A stretch of DNA of 63,873 nt, filler included, from Octopus bimaculoides (taxonomy: Eukaryota), in NCBI RefSeq assembly GCF_001194135.2. It is 6 parts of 6 records of this genome, joined end to end, with 100 filler letters (N's around TTAATTAATTAA, not from the genome) between each part and the next. Parts side by side here need not be neighbours in the genome. Positions count along the whole stretch, not along the records: positions 33,033 to 57,101 come from NC_068988.1; positions 57,202 to 58,936 come from NC_069002.1; positions 59,037 to 61,002 come from NW_026355195.1; positions 61,103 to 63,873 come from NW_026348806.1; 2 more parts are not named here. One strand, 5' to 3'. The notes below the pieces were generated by a model. It did not search any database. It was not told the origin of the DNA and worked only from the letters and a program-made list of their open reading frames with translations. A program made the position numbers and the translations under genes. Positions 54,052-63,873 of the stretch are shown piece by piece (position 1 is the first letter of the stretch; each line of letters starts with the position of its first letter).

Positions 54052-55169
54052 TGTATACACTAATATAAGTAAATGAACAGCTACAAATATTACTAATAAG
54101 AGCAACGTGACAATACACTGGAGAGAAAGTTCCATTTTTAGTCAGATCTCCGATCCCCACAAATCTGATCACATTTCTTTGCTATCTCATCTTCGAAGTT
54201 GTAATCCACGTTATTCCTAATTTCAAAAATGCCTTTGACCATTTTGGAGTCGGAGTCGCCAAAGAAAAGCTCACGTCCTACTCATGGTTTACATAAAGTT
54301 TTTCACACCAGTATTTGTCGGTTTTTATTAATATCATGTATTTCACATGCTCCACATAATCAGAGCCCATTTCATCGTGAACTGGCAATGAATTTATCCC
54401 GTAATTTTCATGCTGATCCATAACTCCTTTCATCCATCCTTTGTTGTGTGAAGAACTGTGGATATCGATGTGACAAGGGACAAAATGAATCCCTTTTACA
54501 TTTTTTCTTTGTCTTTTCTTAGAGTGCATTTCCTTTCTTTTTTCTTTTTCTCTTTTGGGTGGAGTTCTGTTTTCTTACTTTAAGGCTGTCTCCAGCTCAT
54601 TCTCCATCTCCTCTTCCTTTTCATCGTCGTAGGGCGGATTGATCTTGTTCGTCATTACCGCAGAACGAGTCCTTCGGTTCCTCAGTCGGCACATGGGAGT
54701 GACAACAAAGCAATCCCTTCTCCCCATTTCCGAAATTACAACTGGTGGTTCTTTGCGAATAGAAGAACACGTCACCTGATGTAGCTATTACTATAGCTGA
54801 GGTTGTATTCCTTTCAGCTTCTTTAATTCTGAATAAAAGACCTTTCACTCCCACACGCGTAACAGCCAGGCTTTCTGATCTTCACTACAGGACACACAAT
54901 CAAACCTTTTTGTGTTCTTCGATGATCATTTGACACAAATTCTCCGTTTAGTAATGATCTAAATTAAAGCTTTCCATCAAGATTTCATTTTAATTTATAT
55001 TCATAACACAACCTTAGTAATGACAAATATATTTGAATAAATTCTTCATTATTTTCAAAATTAATTGAGACAAAGCCAGTGTATTTCAACGGAGTTATGG
55101 TAATGAAAGGGTTAAGAGGTGAGTTAAGGGAGAATTAATCAGAAAGTCGTTGCATGGGCAATACAAACT

Positions 55170-55850
55170 ACAAACATCTAAAATAATTTGGGATTAGCTT
55201 TCTTACAATGATCCAAAGAGGGAGACTGAAGTAATGCTGATATCAGCCCAAGGCCAAATTCTGAGCACTAAGTTAGTCATTAAAAGTTATATAACATCTT
55301 GGTGACAAAGAGAAATGCAGTCTTTGTGGATTTAGGGCAGGAGAATCACTTACATAATGAGTGAGTGCAGAAAGCTAACGCAAAAAGAATATAAAAGATG
55401 TGACAATGTCTGTCTGCATTTCCATTAGTCACTGTAAAAAAACTATGGATAATAGGTGGTAGCGGATTGTCTCAGAAAGTGTTCTAAAGGATAGAGACAA
55501 AGCTAAGATTTTTTTGAGACTTCGTTGTTCAAACGAACCACTCTGGCTTGGACACAAGATACCCGATAGTAGCTGTGAACGTAAATAGGTTGATTATTAC
55601 AGAAGACGGGGGGGGGGGGAGACGCATTGAAAGAAATACAAAAATAAGCAATGGTGACGTTCTGTCATTAATTACGGAACAACAACCACATAATCTTTGA
55701 TATCGTTGTAGCTTTGAGCTTCATGCCATTAAAGTTGAGAGGGTATCTTGAACAAATAGCTCTGGAAATATGAACTGCTCTTTTCTAAACAATTACCGTA
55801 AATATACTCAGAGAAGTAATGTTTGCGTAAGGTCTTTGTCGAGTCTCCTC
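55170..55850 (+). mobile_element. R4/Dong-like non-LTR retrotransposon, C-terminal zinc-finger/RLE relic
   Basis: KRETEVMLISAQGQIL, a frameshifted HKIPD-IVAV and LRGYLEQI match LKRETE..AAQDQ, PDIV and LxxYLExI. Confidence 0.65.
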
Positions 55851-56177
55851 AGACAGTAGATCGAGCGGTCATCATATATTCTGTGCAAACCATTAATAAT
55901 AATTCTGTCTGATGTAGGCACATGCTCTGAAATTTTGTATTCATTTTATTGACCCGAAAAGATGAAAGACAAAATCGACTTCAACAGTATTTGAACTCAG
56001 AATGTAAAGATCCAGAAGAAATGCCGCTAAGCGCTTTGTCCGACTCTCCTACGATTTTGCTAGTTCGCCATTTTAACGCTGCTGATATTAAAACCCAGTC
56101 ATTCATACCTGATAAAAGAGAACCGATAAACAAAGCCGCAACAGCAAGTGCAGCAGGAACAACAGCAGCAGTTGCAA

Positions 56178-56212
<35 letters not shown>

Positions 56213-56871
56213 CCAATAGTTTCTTACATTTCTCGATGATTTATATGTGAGAAACGTAATGATGTGCAAATTGTCTTCGCTGACAAACATTCGTGTCTGC
56301 TGTGAATTGTTCGGCTCAAAGTAAATCTGGAAAATTTAAGATAAATTTGACAATGAGTTCGTCGGGTCATATATTTGCATTTTAAATTCTTAATCTCGAA
56401 GAAAGCAATGTGTTTTCGTATTGTATATAGTCTTTAGTCTGGTCATTAATTGTCTAGAGATAAACACAAACCGTTAATAATCTCTCTCCATTGGACAAAC
56501 GGATTTAAACATTCTCATGCAAACGGATTGATTTGCTTCCGTCATTAAATGCATTAAAATTTGTGTGCGTGTGAGTGCGCGCGCGCGTGTGTGTGAGTGT
56601 GTGTATGTGTGTGTGTGTGTGTGAGTGCGTGTGTGTCTGTGTTAGTGAATTTGTACATGTGTGTGCGCGTGTGTGAATAAGTGTGTGTGCGTGTGTGTGT
56701 GAGTATTTGTGTCTGTGTATGCGTGCGTGTATGAATGATTGTGTGCACGTGTATGTGAGTAAATGTGTGTGTGTGTTGTCTGTGTGTGTAAACGAGCGTA
56801 TGCATATGTGTGTGTTTGTATGTGTGTGTGCGAGTGCGTGTTACTGTATGCGCCTGTGTGAGTGAGTGAAC

Positions 56872-56902
<31 letters not shown>

Positions 56903-57508
56903 TGGGTGTTGCGTGCGTACGTGTGTATTCGTGTGTCAGAGGGAGCGCGGTAAGTAGAAGAAATATTCTTTCCTACTCTACGCACAAGGCCTGAAATTTT
57001 GGGAGAGGGGGCCAGTCGATTAGATCGACCCCAGTACGCAACTGGTACTTAATTTATCGATCCCGAAAGGATGAAAGGCAAAGTCAACTTCGGTTGAATT
57101 TNNNNNNNNNNNNNNNNNNNNNNNNNNNNNNNNNNNNNNNNNNNNTTAATTAATTAANNNNNNNNNNNNNNNNNNNNNNNNNNNNNNNNNNNNNNNNNNN
57201 NCCTGTTTTCTGTTTGGGTTTTGTTTCTTTTAACCCTTCCCCCACTACCACCATCATCACCACCACCATCACCACCACATGAAGCCATGTTCTCATACAT
57301 CAAAAAAAAAAAAAATTTCACCAAGAAGGCATTGTGTTCACTCTCTTTTCTCTGGGTGCATCCACAATGCTTAGATGATGGGAGGTAGTCTGGCAGACAG
57401 GCAGGCAGACACGCAGGCAGGCAGGCAAGACATCCCAGAACTAAGAGAAGCACTTATAAAAAGGGCTACAGGCTACGCCACATTTTATCAGTGGCCAAGC
57501 TATGGTTA

Positions 57509-57745
57509 TTACTCCTCGTCACTTTCGCCATCACTGGAGAATGTCGGAGCAGTTGACGAGATGTTGGCTTGGTGGCCTGGACTGACCATGTGTTGAGATA
57601 GTTGTCGGTAATGGTCAAGCCATTCATCAACCATTTGTTTCACCAGTGAAGGTCGTTTGCCAAGTTTCTGTAGAGCCACCAGGATTCCACCTTTGGTTAC
57701 ACAGCAATCAAGCCACTCTCGAATAATGCTTTCTTCGCGACCCAT
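57509..57745 (-). CDS. terminal coding exon of an unidentified gene, possibly death-fold helices followed by an acidic tail
   Basis: Strong acceptor ctctttgtttttgctatttttgtag| directly before a 78-codon open frame of ordinary composition ending SSDGESDEE*. Confidence 0.65.
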   Translation of the reverse strand: MGREESIIREWLDCCVTKGGILVALQKLGKRPSLVKQMVDEWLDHYRQLSQHMVSPGHQANISSTAPTFSSDGESDEE

Positions 57746-57869
57746 CTACAAAAATAGCAAAAACAAAGAGGTCAGAGGTAAGATTGCTTTCAGACCAGGC
57801 TCACGAAAACATTCTCAGAAAACAGAAGCTGTCTTAGAGTTTCATTCTCTACTGAAGTGTCCATCTTTA

Positions 57870-58371
57870 GGTGGAATTCTATCTTATGTGCAACATATAA
57901 CTTCTCATAACGTTTTTTTTAGTTTTTGCAATTTTCAGGAAATTTTTGCAAATTTGTGTTCTACACATGGGAATTCATATGACTATGAAGCCCCACCACG
58001 AAAAAAATGTTTCTGTGATTTAAGGGGTATTTAGCTGTTATTTTTAGCACATCTCACAACCACTTCATACCGTCCTTGTTTGTTTGTCAGTCTGACATAT
58101 TGATGTTTTCCAATATCTTTCTCTCCATAAACACATTTAATGATCCATTGCTGGGATTTAAGTAAAAAATTCAGAATGTATTTTAAATGGTGATTTAGAA
58201 AACAAGATTTTCTAAAATTTCAAACAATTAAAAAAAAAATTTTTTTTTTTTCAGTGATATGAATTCCCCTGTGTAGAAGACAAATTCATAAAAAATTTTC
58301 TGAAAATTCCAAAAAATAGAACAGTTATGAAAGGTTATATATATATACTGTGTGTAAAGTAGAATTCCACC
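57870..58371. mobile_element. 502-bp MITE with about 115-bp imperfect TIRs and an 8-bp TSD
   Basis: Perfect 12-bp ends GGTGGAATTCTA and TAGAATTCCACC; CATCTTTA duplicated at 57862-57869 and 58372-58379. Confidence 0.88.
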
Positions 58372-58401
58372 CATCTTTATAGACAGATATTCATTACTAG
58401 A

Positions 58402-58433
<32 letters not shown>

Positions 58434-58633
58434 AGAGGGACAGACAGACAGACAGACAGACAGACCACTTCTACATTTTCCTTTTTTGCTCAAATTTACT
58501 TTTTCTTCTAGTCATGCTTTACATCATATAAATAGAGGGAGGGAGAGAGAGAGAGAGAGTTGATATAAGAGGTGCAGTGAGGATCATAGAAATGGAGAAG
58601 GAGAGTGAGTGTATGTATATGTGTGTGTGTGTA

Positions 58634-58712
<79 letters not shown>

Positions 58713-58714
58713 GT

Positions 58715-58759
58715 CGAACGCCGACGAAGGGAAATAACCCTGAAATCCGGATACGTTCG
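58715..58759 (+). ncRNA. minimal type I hammerhead ribozyme motif (U4C variant)
   Basis: Stem I CGAACG/CGTTCG; core CCGACGA; stem II AGGG-aaataa-CCCT; GAAA; palindromic stem III ATCCGGAT; NUH triplet AUA; predicted cut between 58753 and 58754. Confidence 0.7.
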
Positions 58760-60309
58760 TGCTGCTGGCCGTGGTGAGAGGGATAACTCCCTTGGTAAAC
58801 AGGACACAGTCGTGTGTCGATAAGCCAGCTGGAGGAGATGTCCTCCTGGGGCTAAAAGCAACAGTAACATCCACCCCTAGGGGTCAGCCACACTTAAGTG
58901 GCAATATACTACACTTTATCGTGCAGTTACTGTTAANNNNNNNNNNNNNNNNNNNNNNNNNNNNNNNNNNNNNNNNNNNNTTAATTAATTAANNNNNNNN
59001 NNNNNNNNNNNNNNNNNNNNNNNNNNNNNNNNNNNNTGGTGGTGCTGTTCTGCAACTTTATCTTTCAAGTTGTCTATGCCACCAATTTTTAGCTACCTCT
59101 ATTGAACAGCTGCTGTTATTTGATCGGAGACCTAATATTATAATTTTCTGACCGTAAATAGGTAGATGTAAAAAAAAAAGGTGGACAATAGCCAAGACAA
59201 TAAAATAAATAAATAAACTCAACGATCGTCAGCAGCAGATACGCAACTTAATTGCAATTAAAACCACTCTCTTTCCGCACAAAATGCCTTGGACACTTAC
59301 ATTTGCAAACAGCATTTCAATAAAGAAAAATGGAAGTATTTTGTACTCAGGTTATATTCTCACAAAGAATATCCAATATTCTCCGGAAAATTCAACTGTC
59401 CGGAGGAGATTAGAAGGGAACAATTTCCGAAGACAATGTTGAAATAAATGCTGCTGTATTGGCAAATACACAGATTACTGAAATTGTTTTTGCTTCGAAA
59501 AAGGAAAACTTAGAAACTAATTACAAAAAATCAGTATCAGCTGTCCCTTTTTAACAACCAGTTACATTACTAAGTACATCTTCAGAAAATAGGGGCCACG
59601 TATCAACCGAAATTACTGAAGATGAAGAATTACCAGATCGGACTTACGTGAATGATGAAACCCCATTAAGGGATCTAGGCCCAGCCATGTTGTTTTATGC
59701 CAGTAAAAATATGTACCCATGTTCTTTCAGTCAAAATCAGTTATATGGGAAAAGAAACATGCNNNNNNNNNNNNNNNNNNNNNNNNNNNNNNNNNNNNNN
59801 NNNNNNNNNNNNNNNNNNNNNNNNNNNNNNNNNNNNNNNNNNNNNNNNNNNNNNNNNNNNNNNNNNNNNNNNNNNNNNNNNNNNNNNNNNNNNNNNNNNN
59901 NNNNNNNNNNNNNNNNNNNNNNNNNNNNNNNNNNNNNNNNNNNNNNNNNNNNNNNNNNNNNNNNNNNNNNNNNNNNNNNNNNNNNNNNNNNNNNNNNNNN
60001 NNNNNNNNNNNNNNNNNNNNNNNNNNNNNNNNNNNNNNNNNNNNNNNNNNNNNNNNNNNNNNNNNNNNNNNNNNNNNNNNNNNNNNNNNNNNNNNNNNNN
60101 NNNNNNNNNNNNNNNNNNNNNNNNNNNNNNNNNNNNNNNNNNNNNNNNNNNNNNNNNNNNNNNNNNNNNNNNNNNNNNNNNNNNNNNNNNNNNNNNNNNN
60201 NNNNNNNNNNNNNNNNNNNNNNNNNNNNNNNNNNNNNNNNNNNNNNNNNNNNNNNNNNNNNNNNNNNNNNNNNNNNNNNNNNNNNNNNNNNNNNNNNNNN
60301 NNNNNNGTT

Positions 60310-60690
60310 AACAGGAGCTTAGAAAAACAAACGCAGGAAAACAAGAAATATTGCACCGTGTTGTAGCTGTGATAATATTTCTAGTCGAGAGAGGTCTTGA
60401 ATGTTGAGGTAGAGAGGAGATCATAGTATCTAATCATATCAAGAACGTTTTTTGGTGTGGAATTTTAGAACTTATTGCACAGTTTGATCCATTTATGATG
60501 GATCATTCGAAAGCAGTTGTCAATCTCAGAAGTGATAAGCAATCATATCACGTACCATTTACGAAGAAATTGGTCAGGCAGAATCTGTTAAGAATCATAT
60601 TGAAGCAGAATTTAAAACTGCCAAGTACTTCTCTGTTTCTGTAATTCTATAGCAGACCAGGCACATGTTGACCAGCTAACAGTTGTGTAT
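60310..60690 (+). mobile_element. hAT transposase fragment (ZMYM1/DUF4371-like)
   Basis: EILHRVVAVIIFLVERGL..GILELIAQFDPFM..FKTAKYFSVS..HVDQLTVV; the element probably extends left through the gap to about 59400. Confidence 0.65.
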
Positions 60691-60719
60691 TATGTTATTT
60701 TTGTGAAGCCGATAGAAAG

Positions 60720-61002
60720 TTTCAAGGTTTCAGTGAGACAGATAGACAGACAGGCAGGTAGACAGACAAACCGATAGATAAAGTAGGCAGACAGGTAGGA
60801 CAACAGGCAGTAGGATAGATCGATAGATAAATAGATAGATAGGTAGGTAGGTAAGTAGGTAGGTAGGTAGGTAGGTAGGTAGGTAGGTAGGTAGGTAGGT
60901 AGATATCTAGCTAGGTAGATATCTAGCTAGGTAGATATCTAGCTAGATAGAAAGATAGATAGATAGATAGATAGGTAGGGAGATAGGTAGGGAGGTAGAA
61001 AG
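60720..61002. repeat. (GACA/GATA/GGTA)n compound tetranucleotide repeat
   Basis: Directly visible. Confidence 0.9.
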
Positions 61003-61399
61003 NNNNNNNNNNNNNNNNNNNNNNNNNNNNNNNNNNNNNNNNNNNNTTAATTAATTAANNNNNNNNNNNNNNNNNNNNNNNNNNNNNNNNNNNNNNNNNN
61101 NNGTTGAGAGTTCCTTTGAAAATGCTATTGCTAACATACAACGGTACAACCCTTTCCATCGTAGGGTTGTCGGTGATTAAACTGATGATCTCACCAAGTT
61201 TGTTTGGTGAGGAAGGTGACTCTGGACATCTTGCAGAGTGAAAAACGAGACTGATTAATGGATAGATGAATTCAGTGTTATTAATAGACATCGGTAATGC
61301 GTATATCTGCACACATTGAATGTGTGTGTGTATGTTTAGTGCCTTGTTTTCAGTTCATTCAAATGAAGTATGGTAGGATTATGTAACTTTCATCCCAGC

Positions 61400-61720
61400 T
61401 GCTTCATTGCTGGCGGTGGTTGGCCAAGCAGGAGCAACTCATACAAATGGAAACATAATTTCATCTTGGGATGGAAGCCACAATGCTCGGCAAACGTCTG
61501 GAATAATGTTTTAGGATGTTAATGCGAAGTTTGGAGATCCCTTCAGCCACTTTAATATTTCCCTTCTTAAGCATACAAACTCCGTTGCCTCGACTTAATC
61601 TTGTCAGTGGGCATATTTCGTGATATGGTGACTTAATTGAGGGGTTTTTCCATACCTCAGCAACTATGAACTACAGTCGGGCTGTTAGTTTCAGGCGCAT
61701 GGAAGATGCAGCGTAGGTAT
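61400..61720 (-). mobile_element. LINE APE endonuclease relic
   Basis: VAEVWKN..RGNGVCML resembles the ITETWL..RGGGVxxY motifs. Confidence 0.35.
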
Positions 61721-62329
61721 TTTTTACCCAACCATTACGAGACGGCGTCCTTGTTGAAATATTGTATAGTCAGTCCTGTTTCTTATTAATTCTTTATGGC
61801 TGAAATTACTTGCNNNNNNNNNNCGCAGATGGCACCATTGCATTGCAGTGGTGGGAGAGTCACATATTTGCACCTACGAAATGCTGTCACTTCCAGAGTT
61901 TTAGGAACACGGAATGTGTGATAAATGGAGGAAGCTGTTGTGATACTTTGACCCTGTGTATNNNNNNNNNNAATGTGTGATAAATGGAGGAAGCTGTTGT
62001 GATACTTTGACCCTGTGTATGGATTCGTCTTTCGTCGAGGTGTCGTGCAGTTAAAATCATTCTCTTCATTGATCACAGATTAAGAAACGTAACTTTAGGA
62101 ATTTTCTATTTTCTTTATTTCTTTTTTATGTTCTTTAATTGTTCATTATGCTTACTGCTCGGTCATCGTCAAATTTTACAAAGGGGCTATCAATGAATCA
62201 GTCAATCAATCAATCAATCAATCAATGAGATATCAATGAGTCTATTTATATTCTAAAGACAAATACATGCGTGAAGACATGCGTGTGTTTTTATTGCTCT
62301 CTACGTATGTGGATGAAATTAAATTATTT

Positions 62330-62690
62330 TACAAGAAGAAAATATATTTTGGGTGTATTTTTCTCTCATTTCGGATAGCTTTAGCGCAAAATCGATTCAC
62401 AATTACAAGAAGACATGCTTTTCTTACCAAACTATTTCAACTATTTTCACATGTACATCGAAATGTTGCATCGAAATTTGAAGAATTTGCTAGAAAATTG
62501 AGTAACAAAGAACTTTTTCTTGACTCTTTCACGCACTATTTGGAAACATGGATTTGGTCTGTGTGATGGGAAAAAACATCGTCAATCAAGATTGTCAGTA
62601 AGGTATTGGAATGTATATGAAGCTATGTAAAATATTTTGCCACATACAAATAATGATATTCGAAGGTGGCTAAAAGTTTTCCTTTAGATT
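62330..62690 (+). mobile_element. MULE transposase fragment
   Basis: FLDSFTHYLETWI and YWNVYEAM*NILPHTNNDIRRW match the YFExTWI..WNVY..PRTNNxxEGW motifs. Confidence 0.6.
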
Positions 62691-63499
62691 AAAGCTTTCG
62701 ATTAAAATTCTAATTTTATATTATTTAAAATTACTTTTTATTTAAAATTCTTGTGCTTTGTAGGATGCATTGTATGTTTGTAATTATCCTGAATAATAAA
62801 CTCTCCTATAGATGAAATTAATGTACAAGATATTTGCAAAACTTTTATATGCAAATCGTTTTGAATTTCGGTGAAATAACGTTTCACAAAGAAGTCGTTT
62901 CGATAAAAATAAATTTCATCAGATGTCGATCAACTGAGTGTTGTTTGATAAAGCATCTTTCGATAAAAGAAAGTCAGGGTATGATTGATGAAGGTCTAAC
63001 CAATAACTATTGAACTTCTATTATTTAACGTTGAGTGGTGTTGCCCTTGGCGAAAGATAGAAATACGATATTTTGATGCAGAGACAGAATCAATGATAAT
63101 GCAATCGCAGTACAAGCTTAACTGTACAGACATATTTGGGTGTAAACTAAGACTAGACGAGAGGAATTATTATCCGGTATCTGTTGTTAGGTCGATTAGG
63201 GAAATGGACAAGAAAAACATGACGGAAGTTTAATGCCGAAAAAGAAATATGGGTTTTAATGTAGAGACAGAGGAAGAATCTAGTAAATTTTTAGATTTAT
63301 TTTACGAGATGTGGCCCAGAACTTTAATGACCATTGCATTGATTTACATGTTTAGAACTCACGGAGAGTAAATAATCTTACAATAACTCCAATAAAATCT
63401 GTGTTCTCTGAGACAATAGCTTTTGAGCTAGAAATGGTTTGCCAATGGATATAGCAACCCGTGTTTCGCAGTTTTCAGAATGTAATAATCTAGAGGCTG

Positions 63500-63873
63500 A
63501 ACCTCAATGGGAAAACATTCTGAAAGTAAAGAATTATTTGGACTGAAATTACGGTCATGAACACTTATCAAAAATTTGCTTGGATTATATATTGCGATTA
63601 ATCGGATTGATTTCATCAAACATTTGTTTATTTGAGAAAAACTTACTGATGGGGTTACATCGCGCAAATACTATCAAGGAAGATGAATTGTTTGACTGTT
63701 TCGTAAAAATTTTTTGTAGATGAAATGTGTTTCAAAGTGTTGCGTTTTATGATTAGCACACATGTACAAGTCACATCCTCGTACCTCAGTTTGGCTTTAG
63801 ACTTCATGGTTTCACATCGCTACGCAAATGAAATTTGGGAATTGTACCGATATTTTGAAAATATATGGATGTG
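63500..63873 (+). mobile_element. second, more diverged MULE transposase fragment
   Basis: ..KVLRFM..LYRYFENIWM at the window edge resembles the same YFExTW region. Confidence 0.4.

Noticed and set aside
54280-54900. Minus-strand CYACGSE (zinc-knuckle-like) and IHFVPCHIDI (RNase H-like) words
   Set aside because: The motifs are incomplete and in broken frames; probably a retroelement relic but too weak to assign.
20389-61102. TTAATTAATTAA embedded in N runs at 20433, 32977, 57146, 58981 and 61047
   Set aside because: The layout is always 44 N + 12 bp + 44 N and the 12-mer has stops in all six frames. It is an artificial contig spacer, not a biological repeat.
61182-61225. CTGATGA followed by an 8-bp hairpin (CTCACCAA/TTGGTGAG) and GAAG
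   Set aside because: GAAG instead of GAAA, an extra base before the stem, and no stem I or III pairing found; not a complete hammerhead.
61913-62020. 49-bp direct duplication around a 10-N gap
   Set aside because: Same artefact pattern of overlapping contig ends.
62890-62930. Minus-strand CTGATGA...GAAAC
   Set aside because: Stem II does not pair, there is no valid NUH triplet and no stem I partner.

Overview
Draft-assembly window from a repeat-rich animal genome. The SINE families, microsatellite density and TE mix suggest an octopus (inference). Five 100-bp assembly joins (44 N + TTAATTAATTAA + 44 N) split it into six pieces whose adjacency is unverified. Host coding sequence is sparse and all on the minus strand: two diverged DUSP23-like terminal exons carrying the CX5R catalytic motif (7627-7848, 19823-20026), an unidentified terminal exon (57509-57745) and one candidate exon (3941-4116). 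The rest is decayed mobile DNA: tRNA-headed SINEs, RTE, CR1, Tx1-like, HERO and R4/Dong LINE fragments, mariner and DD41D-like Tc1/mariner elements, hAT and MULE fragments, MITEs, a Helentron-type element and an intact Penelope-type GIY-YIG ORF with no reverse transcriptase. The most interesting signal is a minimal type I hammerhead ribozyme motif at 58715-58759 heading a roughly 220-nt run of hairpins, a candidate retrozyme or Penelope pLTR RNA. All family calls come from reading motifs by eye; no searches were run.
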